A stretch of 64,000 nucleotides of DNA from Phycisphaerales bacterium (GTDB lineage Bacteria; Planctomycetota; Phycisphaerae; Phycisphaerales; UBA1924): NCBI GenBank assembly GCA_965227775.1, contig OZ245777.1, forward strand, positions 2,016,001-2,080,000. Direction: 5' to 3'. Position numbers and translations under genes: made by a program. Of the stretch, positions 8,918-18,677 are shown one piece after another. The notes beneath the pieces were generated by a model that worked only from the letters and a program-made list of their open reading frames with translations, did not search any database and was not told the origin of the DNA. Within the stretch, counting starts at the first letter, position 1, and each line of letters begins with the position of its first letter.

Positions 8918-9616
8918 ATGCGTCGCCGCGATTCGAAGATGCCGCGCCATCCACGTGTGATCACGTGGCGGCTCGTTGTTGTGTCGTTGGTGGTTGGCGT
9001 TGTGCTGGCGGTGGGGAGCGTGCCGGGGACGTTGATCGCCGATTATCTCATCGGCCCTCCGCCGCCCATGTCGCGAAGCCCCGAGCCACTGATCTTTGAC
9101 GGCGAGATGTATCGGGTGCACGACCGAAGGACACCAACTTCGACATTCATGTTTGTGGTCATGGAGGACTACGGGCTCGCGGATGCCGAGATCGCGCAGC
9201 TCATTGAAGACGGCGTGCGCGTGGGCGAGGCGGACCCCCGACCCCGGGGCATTCGAGCGTTGATGGACACGCATGGTGGGACCGCGTTTCGCCTCAGCAG
9301 GGGGTGGCCGCTCCGGTCGGCCTACTGCCTGGACTGGTTTGCCAGCAAGGACAACCAATCACTCACGAGGGGTGCCTGGAACCTGAGTATGTCTGGGCGG
9401 GACTGGAAGATCCCGTTTTTGCCCCTTTGGCCCGGCCTGCTCGGCAATGCGATGCTGTACACCCTCGTCGTGCTGGTATCGCGTGTGTTGCTGCGGTGGT
9501 ACACGCTCCGACGCCGTGCGCGGCGTGGCCTATGCCAGGCGTGCGCGTACGAGTTGGGAGAGGGCGTGACCGCGTGCCCAGAGTGCGGGCTCGCCAGGCT
9601 CGGGATGCGGGCATGA
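8918..9616 (+). CDS. Membrane protein with C-terminal zinc ribbon (paralog E)
   Basis: TM, GWP, LPLWPG-TM, RRRARRG, CQACAYEL...CPECG. Confidence 0.85.
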   Translation: MRRRDSKMPRHPRVITWRLVVVSLVVGVVLAVGSVPGTLIADYLIGPPPPMSRSPEPLIFDGEMYRVHDRRTPTSTFMFVVMEDYGLADAEIAQLIEDGVRVGEADPRPRGIRALMDTHGGTAFRLSRGWPLRSAYCLDWFASKDNQSLTRGAWNLSMSGRDWKIPFLPLWPGLLGNAMLYTLVVLVSRVLLRWYTLRRRARRGLCQACAYELGEGVTACPECGLARLGMRA

Positions 9617-10242
9617 CGTCCGCTAACTCGTGGCCGCCCGGCCTGCTCGCATTGGCAGACGCGGCCGATCTAGATGCCGCGGCGCGGATCGCCATCGGTC
9701 GTGTGGGCAACACGATCCAACGCGTTCGATTGCGCGATGGCCGATGGGGCGTACTCAAGCGCGGCGGTGGAGCGCTCGGCGGCGAGAATGCCAGGAGCGA
9801 AGTGCTGGCCGAGGCCGAGCGCCTCGCGTGGCTCGTGGACCGAGCCGGGGCGCCGACGCTCCTGTGGGCAGGTGTGATTGGTGACCAGGAGGTGTCGATG
9901 GCCACGCATCTATCTGGCCGGCCTGCGCACGAATTCACAGGTGATCCGCGCAAAGCCATCACCCTAGCCGCGAGCGTTCTGCGAGCGATCCATGCACTCC
10001 CGATTGAAGGTTGCCCCTTCGGCGATCGAAGCGACTCGACCGATGTCGTGATCCACGGTGACTACGCGCTGCCGAATGTGATCGTTGATCGAGACGCCGT
10101 CGGCATTGTCGATTGGTCGCTCATGCGCATCGGCGATCCTCGCGAGGACATCGACGATGCCGAACGGAGCATCCGGCGAAACTTTGGTGAGCGGTGGGAA
10201 GGCCTATTCAGCGAGACATACACCGCGGCGGCCCCGATCTAG
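9613..10242 (+). CDS. Aminoglycoside phosphotransferase-like kinase (shortened)
   Basis: EAERLAWL, CPF, HGDYALPNVI and IVDW motifs; ATGA overlap with the upstream gene. Confidence 0.8.
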   Translation: MTSANSWPPGLLALADAADLDAAARIAIGRVGNTIQRVRLRDGRWGVLKRGGGALGGENARSEVLAEAERLAWLVDRAGAPTLLWAGVIGDQEVSMATHLSGRPAHEFTGDPRKAITLAASVLRAIHALPIEGCPFGDRSDSTDVVIHGDYALPNVIVDRDAVGIVDWSLMRIGDPREDIDDAERSIRRNFGERWEGLFSETYTAAAPI

Positions 10243-10715
10243 CGGGCAGGCCGGCGGCACGCGTCGCGCACGTCCTTTCGCCCGAGCACGAAGAATCCCC
10301 ACACGAAAAACGCGGTGAGCCCCAGCATCCACGCCGTCAGGAACACGATCATGCTGATCATGAGGCCGCCGGACACTGGCTGGCCCTGGCCGCCACTTCC
10401 AAGCAAGCCAATGGCCGTGGCTACCAGGCCTGCCATCATCATGACGCCAAAAAGGCCGTGCGCGATCCGCGAGAGGACGCGCGCCAGGCTTGAGCGTAGC
10501 AGCACCCCGACGCCCAGCGGGATGAATGACATAAAGAACACCGACGACAGGACTGTCTCAAGATCCGGCGAGTCAAAGATGACCAGCAGCATCATCGCAC
10601 CGATCACCACGTCGATCGTCGCGATTGTCTTCGCCGTCACTGGCAGGCTTCGGGCGCGCGGGTCAGGAATCTCACGAGGCTCTATCGGAGGGGCAGTAGG
10701 GGGCGGAGCATCCAT
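10239..10715 (-). CDS. Membrane protein (about 4 TM)
   Basis: Hydrophobic ORF with alternating TM segments. Confidence 0.7.
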   Translation of the reverse strand: MDAPPPTAPPIEPREIPDPRARSLPVTAKTIATIDVVIGAMMLLVIFDSPDLETVLSSVFFMSFIPLGVGVLLRSSLARVLSRIAHGLFGVMMMAGLVATAIGLLGSGGQGQPVSGGLMISMIVFLTAWMLGLTAFFVWGFFVLGRKDVRDACRRPAR

Positions 10716-10742
10716 GGATGATCAGACCTCCACCCTTCGGCG

Positions 10743-12302
10743 CTAGCCGATCGAGCCAGGTTCCTGCAGCAGCTTGACGATCTCGGCCAGGCACAGCGCC
10801 GCCGTTGCACCGTCGACGACGCGGTGGTCGCAGGCCAGACTCAAGGGCATCTTCTTGCCGACGACCGCCTGGCCGTCGCGAACCACGACCGCGTCGTAGA
10901 CCTTGCCCACCGCGAGGATGCCAACCTCAGGCGCGTTGATCACCGGCGTGGCGAACATGCCTGCGTGGCTTCCGACATTGCTGATCGTGAAGGTACTGCC
11001 CGACAGGTCCTCGCGAGCGGCCGAGCGGGTGCGCGCGCCGTTGGCGGCGTTGGCGATCGCGTCGCTCATGCTCGCGACGTCGAGAGCGTCGGCGTTCTTG
11101 ATGACCGGCACCATGAGGCCAGCGTCGGTGTCGGTGGCGATGCCGAGGTGCACGCCGTGGTGCTCGACGATTTCCTGGCTATCGCCGCTGCCTTCAACAC
11201 GCGCATTGAGCGCGCCGAAGCGACCACCTGCACGCGGCGCGATGGCCTTGCACACCGCGGCCGCGACAAACGGAAGGAAGCTGAGCTTGGTGCCAGCCTC
11301 GGCGAACTGGCGGCGCAGCGCGTCCAGGTCGGTCACGTCCGCCTCATCCATCACGGTGAAGTGCACGGCGGTGTCCACGCTCTCGCGCAGCTTGCTGGCG
11401 ATGGTGCGGCGCACGCCGCGGAATGCGGTGCTCGCGTTGCCCGAGCCAGCCTTGGACTGCTGGGCGGGATCGGGAATCGGCCGCACACTCGCGGGCACGT
11501 AGCCCGGCGCCATCGGCACACCGCCGCCGCCCATCATGCCGGGCATGCCCCAGGGCATCATCATCGGCACGGGCATCATCATCATGGGCATGCCAATCGG
11601 CATCCCCATCTGCTGCTGCGGCATGCCGTAACCCATTTGCGGCTGTGGCTGGTACTGCGGTTGCTGTTGGTACTGCTGCTGCGGCTGGGCCTGCGGGCGC
11701 GGCATGGGCTTGCGCGTCGTGCCAGCGGCGGCATTCGCGCTGGGCGCGGGCGCAGACTTCTGCGTTGCCCCGCCTGAGTCGGCGAAGGCCTTCAGGTCCT
11801 TCTCGAGTACGCGGCCGCCGATGCCCGAACCCGGGACCGCGTTGATGTCGATGCCCATTTCGCGAGCCTTGCGACGCACGGCGGGGGTGGCCAGGGCCTT
11901 GCCCTCTTGCCGTGTGAGGCCGGGCGTATCGGCGCTCATCTTGCCGACGACGGTGCCATCGTCCTCGCGCTTCGCGGGAGCCGCCGTCGCCGCGCCGTTG
12001 TCTGCCTTGGGCTTTGACGCGCTCTTGGCGGGCGCGGCGCTGCCGGCGCCCTCGTAGCTCACAAAGGGCTCGCCGACCTTCATCACGTCGCCGTCCTTGC
12101 CGTGCAGGGTCTTGATCGTGCCCGCTCGCGGCGAGGGGATCTCGGTCAACGCCTTGTCGGTCTCGACTTCGGCGAGGGACTGCTGCTCCTCGACGGTGTC
12201 GCCCTCCTTGACGAGCCACTTGATGACCTCGGCCTCTTGCAGGCCCTCACCGATGTCCGGGAGGAGGAAGATGTTGGGATCGCTGGAAACTTTGCCGGCC
12301 AT
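10743..12302 (-). CDS. 2-oxoacid dehydrogenase E2, dihydrolipoamide acyltransferase
   Basis: Lipoyl domain EVETDKA, E3-binding ATPAVRRKARE, catalytic DHRVVDG. Confidence 0.95.
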   Translation of the reverse strand: MAGKVSSDPNIFLLPDIGEGLQEAEVIKWLVKEGDTVEEQQSLAEVETDKALTEIPSPRAGTIKTLHGKDGDVMKVGEPFVSYEGAGSAAPAKSASKPKADNGAATAAPAKREDDGTVVGKMSADTPGLTRQEGKALATPAVRRKAREMGIDINAVPGSGIGGRVLEKDLKAFADSGGATQKSAPAPSANAAAGTTRKPMPRPQAQPQQQYQQQPQYQPQPQMGYGMPQQQMGMPIGMPMMMMPVPMMMPWGMPGMMGGGGVPMAPGYVPASVRPIPDPAQQSKAGSGNASTAFRGVRRTIASKLRESVDTAVHFTVMDEADVTDLDALRRQFAEAGTKLSFLPFVAAAVCKAIAPRAGGRFGALNARVEGSGDSQEIVEHHGVHLGIATDTDAGLMVPVIKNADALDVASMSDAIANAANGARTRSAAREDLSGSTFTISNVGSHAGMFATPVINAPEVGILAVGKVYDAVVVRDGQAVVGKKMPLSLACDHRVVDGATAALCLAEIVKLLQEPGSIG

Positions 12303-12352
12303 GGGAATCCTCTGTGGGCTCGTGGCGATGGGCGGAGGTCGCTGGGCTGGAA

Positions 12353-13327
12353 CTAGTAGGCGAGCACCTGCTCGATGGCTTCCTTAATGCGGGGCGCCTC
12401 GGGCAGGTAGTGGTTCTCGAGCTTGTAATACGGCATGACGGTGTCGAAGCCGGTGACGCGCTGCACGGGTGCCTCCAAGTGAAGAAAGCACTTCTCTTGC
12501 AGGATGGTTGCGATCTCGGCGCCCATGCCGGCTGTGCGCGGGGCCTCATGAGCGATGACGCAGCGGCCGGTCTTCATGACGCTCTCGACGATCGTGTCCT
12601 CGTCCATCGGGTAGATGGTGCGCATGTCGATGAGCTCAACGCTGACATCCTCGGGTAACTCGTCGAGGGCCGCGAGCGCCTGGAACACTGTCGCGCCCCA
12701 GGTGATGACGGTGACGTCCTCGCCTTCGCTGACAACCTTGGCCTTACCGATCTCGACGATGTAGTCGTCTTCGGGGACCTGTTCCTTGTAGCTGCGGTAC
12801 ACGCGCTTGGGCTCGAAGAACATCACCGGATCGGGATCGCGGATCGATGCCAGCAGCAGGCCCTTCGCGTCGTACGGCGTGCTGGGCATGACGACCTTCA
12901 GGCCAACGTGGTGGCTGTAGATCGCCTCGGGGCTGTCGCTGTGCAACTCGGGCGCGTGGATGCCGCCGCCGACGGGGACGCGCACTGTCAGCGGAACCGT
13001 GACGGCTCCACGCGTACGCGTGCGCATACGCCCGGCGTGGTGCACGATCTGGTCATAGGCCGGCCCGAGGAAGCCCTCGAACTGGATCTCGGGAACCGGT
13101 CGCATTCCGTTGATGGCCAGGCCGATGGACGTGCCCAGGATTCCCGACTCGGCGAGCGGCGTATCGACGACGCGGTCTTCGCCGAAGCGCTTCTGCAGGC
13201 CGTCGGTCACTCGGAACACGCCGCCGTTGAGGCCGACGTCTTCGCCCAAGACCATGACGCGATCGTCGCGCTCCATCTCTTGGGCAAGGGCGAGGTTGAT
13301 GGCCTGGACGAGGTTGAGTTCAGCCAT
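12353..13327 (-). CDS. 2-oxoacid dehydrogenase E1 beta (pyruvate or branched-chain)
   Basis: GEDVGLNGGVFRVT, DTPLAE, EIQF, FEPK motifs. Confidence 0.95.
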   Translation of the reverse strand: MAELNLVQAINLALAQEMERDDRVMVLGEDVGLNGGVFRVTDGLQKRFGEDRVVDTPLAESGILGTSIGLAINGMRPVPEIQFEGFLGPAYDQIVHHAGRMRTRTRGAVTVPLTVRVPVGGGIHAPELHSDSPEAIYSHHVGLKVVMPSTPYDAKGLLLASIRDPDPVMFFEPKRVYRSYKEQVPEDDYIVEIGKAKVVSEGEDVTVITWGATVFQALAALDELPEDVSVELIDMRTIYPMDEDTIVESVMKTGRCVIAHEAPRTAGMGAEIATILQEKCFLHLEAPVQRVTGFDTVMPYYKLENHYLPEAPRIKEAIEQVLAY

Positions 13328-13354
13328 AGTTCAGTAGTCCTCTCGTAGTCCGTG

Positions 13355-14488
13355 TTAGTGCGCTGCCCGAGCGCCCAGACCGGCCTGCTCGGGATCCTGT
13401 CCAAGCGAGGTCGTCCGCATCGTGTCGCGCTGCACACGCAGGCTCTCTGGGAGTTCCTCGAACGTGTAGTCGAAGATGTCGCTGATGTCGGGCTTGGGCA
13501 TCTCTTCTGCGGTCTTCACGACCTCCTGCACGATCGCCTTTGCCTTTGCCTCGAGCGCCTCTTGCTGCTCGTCGCTCCACAGGTCCTTGTTCTCGAGGTA
13601 CTTCCGCAGGCGGATGAGTGGGTCCTTGGCCTTCCACGCGTCCAGGTCCTTGGGGTCGCGATAGCGTGACGCGTCGTCTGCGGTGGTGTGGTCGGCCAGG
13701 CGATACGTCACTGCTTCGATGAACGACGGCCCCTGGCCCTTGCGTGCGCGCTCGTGGGCCTCGCGCGTCACGGCGTACATCGCGAAGAGGTCGTTGCCAT
13801 CAACCTGGGTCGTCGGGATGCCGTACGCGAGGGCCTTCTGGGCGAACGTTTCCGACGCCGTCTGCTTCTCGCGAGGCACGCTGATGGCCCATGAGTTGTT
13901 CTGGCAGATGAAGATGCACGGAACTTTGAGCACGCCGGCGAAATTGGCCGCCTCGTGGAAGTCGCCTTCGCTCGTTGCACCGTCACCGAAGTAGGTCAGC
14001 GCGACGCTGTCCTCCTTGCGGATCTTGCTCGCCCAAGCAATGCCCGTGGCGTGCAGCATGTGCGTGCCGATGGGGACGCTCAACGGCGTGATCTTCACCC
14101 CCTCGGGGATCTTGCTTCCACGCTCGTCGCCCATCCAGTAGTTCAGCACGTAGTGCATGGGCAGGCCGTGCATGAAGAGCGCCGCGTTCTCGCGATAGGC
14201 CGAGACGAGCCAGTCCTGGCCCTTACGTGCGGCCAGGGCGCTGCCGATGGCCACGGCTTCCTGGCCCTTGTTCTGCGGGAACGTGCCCATGCGGCCCGAA
14301 CGCTGCAGCTTGAACGCCACCTCGTCGTACTGGCGGCAGATGGTCATGTGCTCGTACGACTGCTGGACCTGCTCGTCGCTGAGCAGGTTCTTGCCCTGCT
14401 CCTTGGCCAGCTTGGCGTCGAGCTTGCCGTTCTCATCGAGAATCTGCAGGTGCTCGATCTGCGTCTTGTAGGCGACCTTGCGTGGCAT
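13355..14488 (-). CDS. 2-oxoacid dehydrogenase E1 alpha (pyruvate or branched-chain)
   Basis: TPP motif GDGATSEG...NN, YRLADHTTADD. Confidence 0.95.
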   Translation of the reverse strand: MPRKVAYKTQIEHLQILDENGKLDAKLAKEQGKNLLSDEQVQQSYEHMTICRQYDEVAFKLQRSGRMGTFPQNKGQEAVAIGSALAARKGQDWLVSAYRENAALFMHGLPMHYVLNYWMGDERGSKIPEGVKITPLSVPIGTHMLHATGIAWASKIRKEDSVALTYFGDGATSEGDFHEAANFAGVLKVPCIFICQNNSWAISVPREKQTASETFAQKALAYGIPTTQVDGNDLFAMYAVTREAHERARKGQGPSFIEAVTYRLADHTTADDASRYRDPKDLDAWKAKDPLIRLRKYLENKDLWSDEQQEALEAKAKAIVQEVVKTAEEMPKPDISDIFDYTFEELPESLRVQRDTMRTTSLGQDPEQAGLGARAAH

Positions 14489-14715
14489 GGGTCGGCTCCT
14501 GTCTGCGCGAGGCCAAAGGGCTCCGCGGGGTGGTCACTGCGGCAGGGAGCGCACGATAGCCGTCGGCCCCCAGGTGCACCGGGCCGGTGCGACGGACCAG
14601 TGGGGGTTGGCACGAGTCTGCGCCCGGCCGATGGCGATCGGGAGAGTCCCCGAAGGAACATGATAGGGGCCGCCGACCCGATCGGTAGGCGGCCCTCAAA
14701 ACGGAATCCGATGAA

Positions 14716-16707
14716 CTAGCTGGCCGCGCCCGCGTGGGCTTCCAGGCCGATCTTCTGTGCGGCGTTGTCGCCGGGGAACTGCTTGATGGCGTCTTGGTTG
14801 ACGCTGCGACCCTGGCCCTTCTGGTCGGTCGGCGTGCGTTCGGGGATGATGAACTTCTCCGCAGGCATCGTCGCGTTGTGTGCCAACGCGGCGTCGGCGG
14901 CCTTAAAGAGCGTGTCGTCCGCGTTCTCGTAGAGCTCGCGCCAGTTCGCCTGGATCCAGGTCTCGGCCAGATCGAAGAAGTGCATCGCCGCGGCCTTGTT
15001 GCGCTCCATCTCCGGGCCGCTCTGACCGTCACGGATGTCCTTGTCCAGCCGGCTGAGCGTGCAGCCGAAGGCGTGCAGGTAGATGGCGTTGAGCGCCAGA
15101 CGCGCCTGGGGCACCTGCCGGCTGACGAGCTCGGCGTCGTACCGCTTGGACGTGATCTTAAACTGGTGGCTGTGCTCGCGGATGAGCTTGGCCAGGCGGT
15201 CGGCCTGCGGCCGCAGGCTCGCGTGCACCTTGGTGATGCTCGGGGCCTTGGGGCGGATCCCGAAGAACACCTGCAGGCCCAGCGGCACGGCAGCCTTGAT
15301 GATCTTGGGCTGGATGATGTTGGGAACGATCCGAGACAAGTTCTGGCCGAAGCTCTCGTCCTTGTCCCAGTCAACCTTGAGCTTCACGCCCAGCATGGCC
15401 TCGCCCAGCTGCTTACCACCGTAGCCGAAGATGAACGACCACATCAGGTCGTTGGAGCCTTCCACAATGGTGTTGATGCGGCTGTCGCGGAAGATCCGCT
15501 CGACCTCGTTCTCGGTCATGTAGCTCTCGCCGCCCATGATCTGGACGGCGTCGTTCACGGCGCGCCAGCCCATCTCCGAGCAGAACACCTTGCAGATGGC
15601 CGTCTCGACCATGATGTCCTCGTCGTGGCGGTCGAGCATGCCGGTGGTCATGTAGAGCACCGAGTCCATGGCGTAGGTCAGCGCCGCCATGTGGGCGATG
15701 CGCTGCTTCACGAGATCCTTGTCGGCCAGCGGGGCCTTGAACTGGTATCGCGTCTGGCTCCAGCGGATGGCCTGGTCCATTGCACGCTTCGCGCCGCCGA
15801 GCATGCCAGCGCTCAGCGTGCATCGCCCGTAGTTCAGGCAGGTGAGCGCGACGTTCAGGCCGCGGCCTTCCTTGTGCATCAGGTTGGCCTTGGGGACCTT
15901 GACGTCCTTGAAGCGGATGCGGGCCTGCCAGGTGCCGCGGATGCCGCACTTACTGCGGTTCTTGGAGTAGATATCGATGCCCGGCATGTCCGGATGGCAG
16001 ACGAGGGCCGTCACCTTTTCCTTGCCGTCGATGTTCTGCTTGCACATGACGGTGAACAGGCCGGCGATGGCGCCCGACGTCGCCCACTTCTTCTCGCCGT
16101 TGAGGATGTAGTACTCGCCGTCCTCGGAGACCTCGCAGCGGGTCTCCTGGCCGCCGGCATCACAACCGACGTTGGGCTCGCTCAGGCAGAACGCGCTGAC
16201 CCACTCCTTGGCGAGCTTGGGCAGCCACTTGGCCTTCTGCTCCTCGGTGCCGAAGAGCATGACGGCCTTGCAGCCGATCGACTGGTGGGCGCTGACGAGC
16301 ACGGCGGTGCTGCCGCAGTACTTGCCGATGGTCTCGAGCACGCGGTTGTACGCGGTGATGCCCATGCCCAGGCCGCCGTACTCCTTGGGGATGGTCATGC
16401 CCAGGACACCCAGGTCGAAGAGGCGGTCGATCACCCAGCGGGGGATCTCCTGCTCCTGGTCGATCATGATGCTGGGGTGCTCGGTCCGCAGGTAGTGCTC
16501 GAGCTTCTCGACGAGCTCGTCGCACTCCTTCTTCGCGTCGGCCGACGGCTGCGGGTAGGGCAGCATGAGGTCCTCGCGGAAGCGACCCCAGAAGAGGTTC
16601 TTCGCGAAGCCCATCGACTCGGGCTCGGCGCCCAGCAACTCCTCGGCTTCCTCGAGCAGCTTGCGGTCGGCCTCGGAAACGCCCTTCATCTGCTTCAGGT
16701 CGGCCAT
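14716..16707 (-). CDS. Acyl-CoA dehydrogenase (long, VLCAD-like)
   Basis: FCLSEPNVGCD, LNGEKKW, QIMGG, IVEGSN motifs; C-terminal extension. Confidence 0.93.
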   Translation of the reverse strand: MADLKQMKGVSEADRKLLEEAEELLGAEPESMGFAKNLFWGRFREDLMLPYPQPSADAKKECDELVEKLEHYLRTEHPSIMIDQEQEIPRWVIDRLFDLGVLGMTIPKEYGGLGMGITAYNRVLETIGKYCGSTAVLVSAHQSIGCKAVMLFGTEEQKAKWLPKLAKEWVSAFCLSEPNVGCDAGGQETRCEVSEDGEYYILNGEKKWATSGAIAGLFTVMCKQNIDGKEKVTALVCHPDMPGIDIYSKNRSKCGIRGTWQARIRFKDVKVPKANLMHKEGRGLNVALTCLNYGRCTLSAGMLGGAKRAMDQAIRWSQTRYQFKAPLADKDLVKQRIAHMAALTYAMDSVLYMTTGMLDRHDEDIMVETAICKVFCSEMGWRAVNDAVQIMGGESYMTENEVERIFRDSRINTIVEGSNDLMWSFIFGYGGKQLGEAMLGVKLKVDWDKDESFGQNLSRIVPNIIQPKIIKAAVPLGLQVFFGIRPKAPSITKVHASLRPQADRLAKLIREHSHQFKITSKRYDAELVSRQVPQARLALNAIYLHAFGCTLSRLDKDIRDGQSGPEMERNKAAAMHFFDLAETWIQANWRELYENADDTLFKAADAALAHNATMPAEKFIIPERTPTDQKGQGRSVNQDAIKQFPGDNAAQKIGLEAHAGAAS

Positions 16708-16922
16708 GGGAACAGTTCCTTTCGTCGCGGCGCTGGGCAGGTCGCGGTGGGCGTCCGAACGGATGCCTCCGGGCATCGGGCCAACCGGACCCGACGCCTC
16801 TGCCCGCAGCGGTGCGTGCGTATCTGGAACCCATTATTGAAGGCAAATCGACCCCGGGCGAGCGTCCGTGATTTGGTTTCGGAAGGCCACCGTGCGGTGG
16901 GGGGAAGCACCCACGAACGGGC

Positions 16923-17774
16923 TCAGGGCGTGTCTGAGGCCGTTTTATCGGCCGCCATGACGTCGACCACCGCCATCGCCCGGGCCACGCGCACGGCCAG
17001 CGCCGTCGCCGGCCCAAGAAGTGCCCCCGATGCTGCGGCCAGCAGCAGTGGCCGGCCAAGATCGACGAAGATCCATCCCGTCGTGACGATTGCCAGCATG
17101 ATCAAGGCGAATCCCCAGCCCAGCAGAAGCCCGTGTCGACCTGTCTGAGCGCCGGCGCGCCGCAGCGTGAGCTGCGCGTAGCCCATCGCCTCGACAGACG
17201 CCCAGCCCAGGCCACCCAGCGACAGGGCCGTGGTCGTCGCGACGTACGCCTGGCCGAGGTGGTCACCCGTGGCGAAGGCTGTCGCGATGAACGCGATGGC
17301 CATGACTAGCCCGGTAGCGCCGATGCCCGCGCTCCATCGGAGCCGGCGCCGCTCGGCGGCCCCAGGGCTGCGCCCGCCATTGGGGTGGCGACCGAGTGAA
17401 CTCCAGGCGTACGCGACAAACAGGGACAACGGCACGAGTCCGAGGATCGAGACCAGTCCAAAGACCATCGCGATAACCACCGCGTTGCCGCCGCGCCACC
17501 CGACCGCCGCGTCGATGCCCGAGATCGCCGCTGTCGAGAGCACCATCCAGGCCGTGAGCGTCGCCCAATGGAGCATCCGCATCTCGTCGTGCACGTGCTC
17601 GACATACGGCTTCGCGCACTGGCGCAGATCCCACACCGGCCAACTCGCAGGGACATCAAGCCCGCACTCGGGGCACACGCCACCGCGCGGCAGGCCGGCC
17701 AGGTCGTACCCGCACCCGGCGCAGGCGACGCCCGATGGGATGGTGTCCTCGTGCTGGCGATCTTGGTCGGCCAT
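16923..17774 (-). CDS. Membrane protein with N-terminal CxxC...CPECG zinc ribbon
   Basis: CAGCGYDLAGLPRGGVCPECG followed by several TM segments. Confidence 0.8.
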   Translation of the reverse strand: MADQDRQHEDTIPSGVACAGCGYDLAGLPRGGVCPECGLDVPASWPVWDLRQCAKPYVEHVHDEMRMLHWATLTAWMVLSTAAISGIDAAVGWRGGNAVVIAMVFGLVSILGLVPLSLFVAYAWSSLGRHPNGGRSPGAAERRRLRWSAGIGATGLVMAIAFIATAFATGDHLGQAYVATTTALSLGGLGWASVEAMGYAQLTLRRAGAQTGRHGLLLGWGFALIMLAIVTTGWIFVDLGRPLLLAAASGALLGPATALAVRVARAMAVVDVMAADKTASDTP

Positions 17775-17804
17775 CGCGTCATTGTTGGGCAGCGCTGCGC
17801 TGCC

Positions 17805-18674
17805 TCAACCGGTCGCGGGCTGGCCGGCTTGGCCGATCTCGAATTCGACCGCCCGCACGCCGCGGATCGCCTGCCACACGAGGATCGCAGATGCGCCGGC
17901 CATGATGAGCACGGCCCCGAGCGAGACGCACGCGCCGGCGACGGTGCGCGTGGATGCGAGTGTGGCCACGACGGGGAAGAGGATGAACACCGCTGCCAGC
18001 GAGACTACGAGCCACCGGCGCGGACGCGGCCGGCCGACCCGTGCGAGCGCTTCGCCGCAGATGCCCAGCATTCCGACGATGCACAGCGCGTTGCCAACAA
18101 GCATCGCGAGCATGCCCGCCAAGAGAAGGAAGTCCAGGCCCATGAACGCGCCGGGAACGACCGCGACCAGCCCGGCGACCATCATGGGCCCGCCCACGCG
18201 CGCGGCCAGGCGTGCGCGTTCGCCGGCGAGCCGCGGCGTGGCGGCCACGATGGCGACCATCGTCGCATAGGCGAGCCCCGCGAAGAGCGCGAGCATGGTG
18301 CCGGCGACGATGGCCCCCTCGCCGTTCTCGAAGGTTCCCTGCGCGTGCTGGCCGACCGCGTTCACGACGGCGCCGCAGGCCGCGAGCACGACCGAGGCGT
18401 TCAGGACGAACAGCATGATCATGGTCGCGAGCACGAGCCGGATGCGTCCGCGAGCGCGGTGAGCCCGATGCCGCGCCTCGCCGCAGGCTGTGGTGCGCGG
18501 CCAGCTCGCCGAGATCGCCAGCCCGCACTCGGGGCACACGCCGCCCGGCAAGAGCCCGGCGAGCTCGTACTCGCACTGGTAGCACGGCACGCCCGCGGGC
18601 AGCGGCCTCGCCGTCTTGCTCGGAAGTGGCGCAGGTAGGTGCACACCGCCCAAATCTGCCGCGTCGCCGCACAT
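17805..18674 (-). CDS. Membrane protein with N-terminal zinc ribbon (start uncertain)
   Basis: CYQCEYELAGLLPGGVCPECG followed by several TM segments. Confidence 0.8.
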   Translation of the reverse strand: MCGDAADLGGVHLPAPLPSKTARPLPAGVPCYQCEYELAGLLPGGVCPECGLAISASWPRTTACGEARHRAHRARGRIRLVLATMIMLFVLNASVVLAACGAVVNAVGQHAQGTFENGEGAIVAGTMLALFAGLAYATMVAIVAATPRLAGERARLAARVGGPMMVAGLVAVVPGAFMGLDFLLLAGMLAMLVGNALCIVGMLGICGEALARVGRPRPRRWLVVSLAAVFILFPVVATLASTRTVAGACVSLGAVLIMAGASAILVWQAIRGVRAVEFEIGQAGQPATG

Positions 18675-18677
18675 CTG

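Noticed and set aside
4488..9616. Diversity-generating retroelement, shufflon or integron as the cause of variability
   Set aside because: No reverse transcriptase, recombinase, adenine-specific template/variable pair or attC-like sites are visible in the window.
9613..10242. Bona fide aminoglycoside resistance gene
   Set aside because: Substrate-binding segments appear to be missing, so resistance cannot be claimed from sequence alone.
14734..17148. 804-aa plus-strand ORF and similar long ORFs (29384..31150, 31217..32896, 49788..51314, 56777..59152, 59724..60983)
   Set aside because: These are antisense shadows of well-supported genes, expected in high-GC DNA, and carry no motifs.
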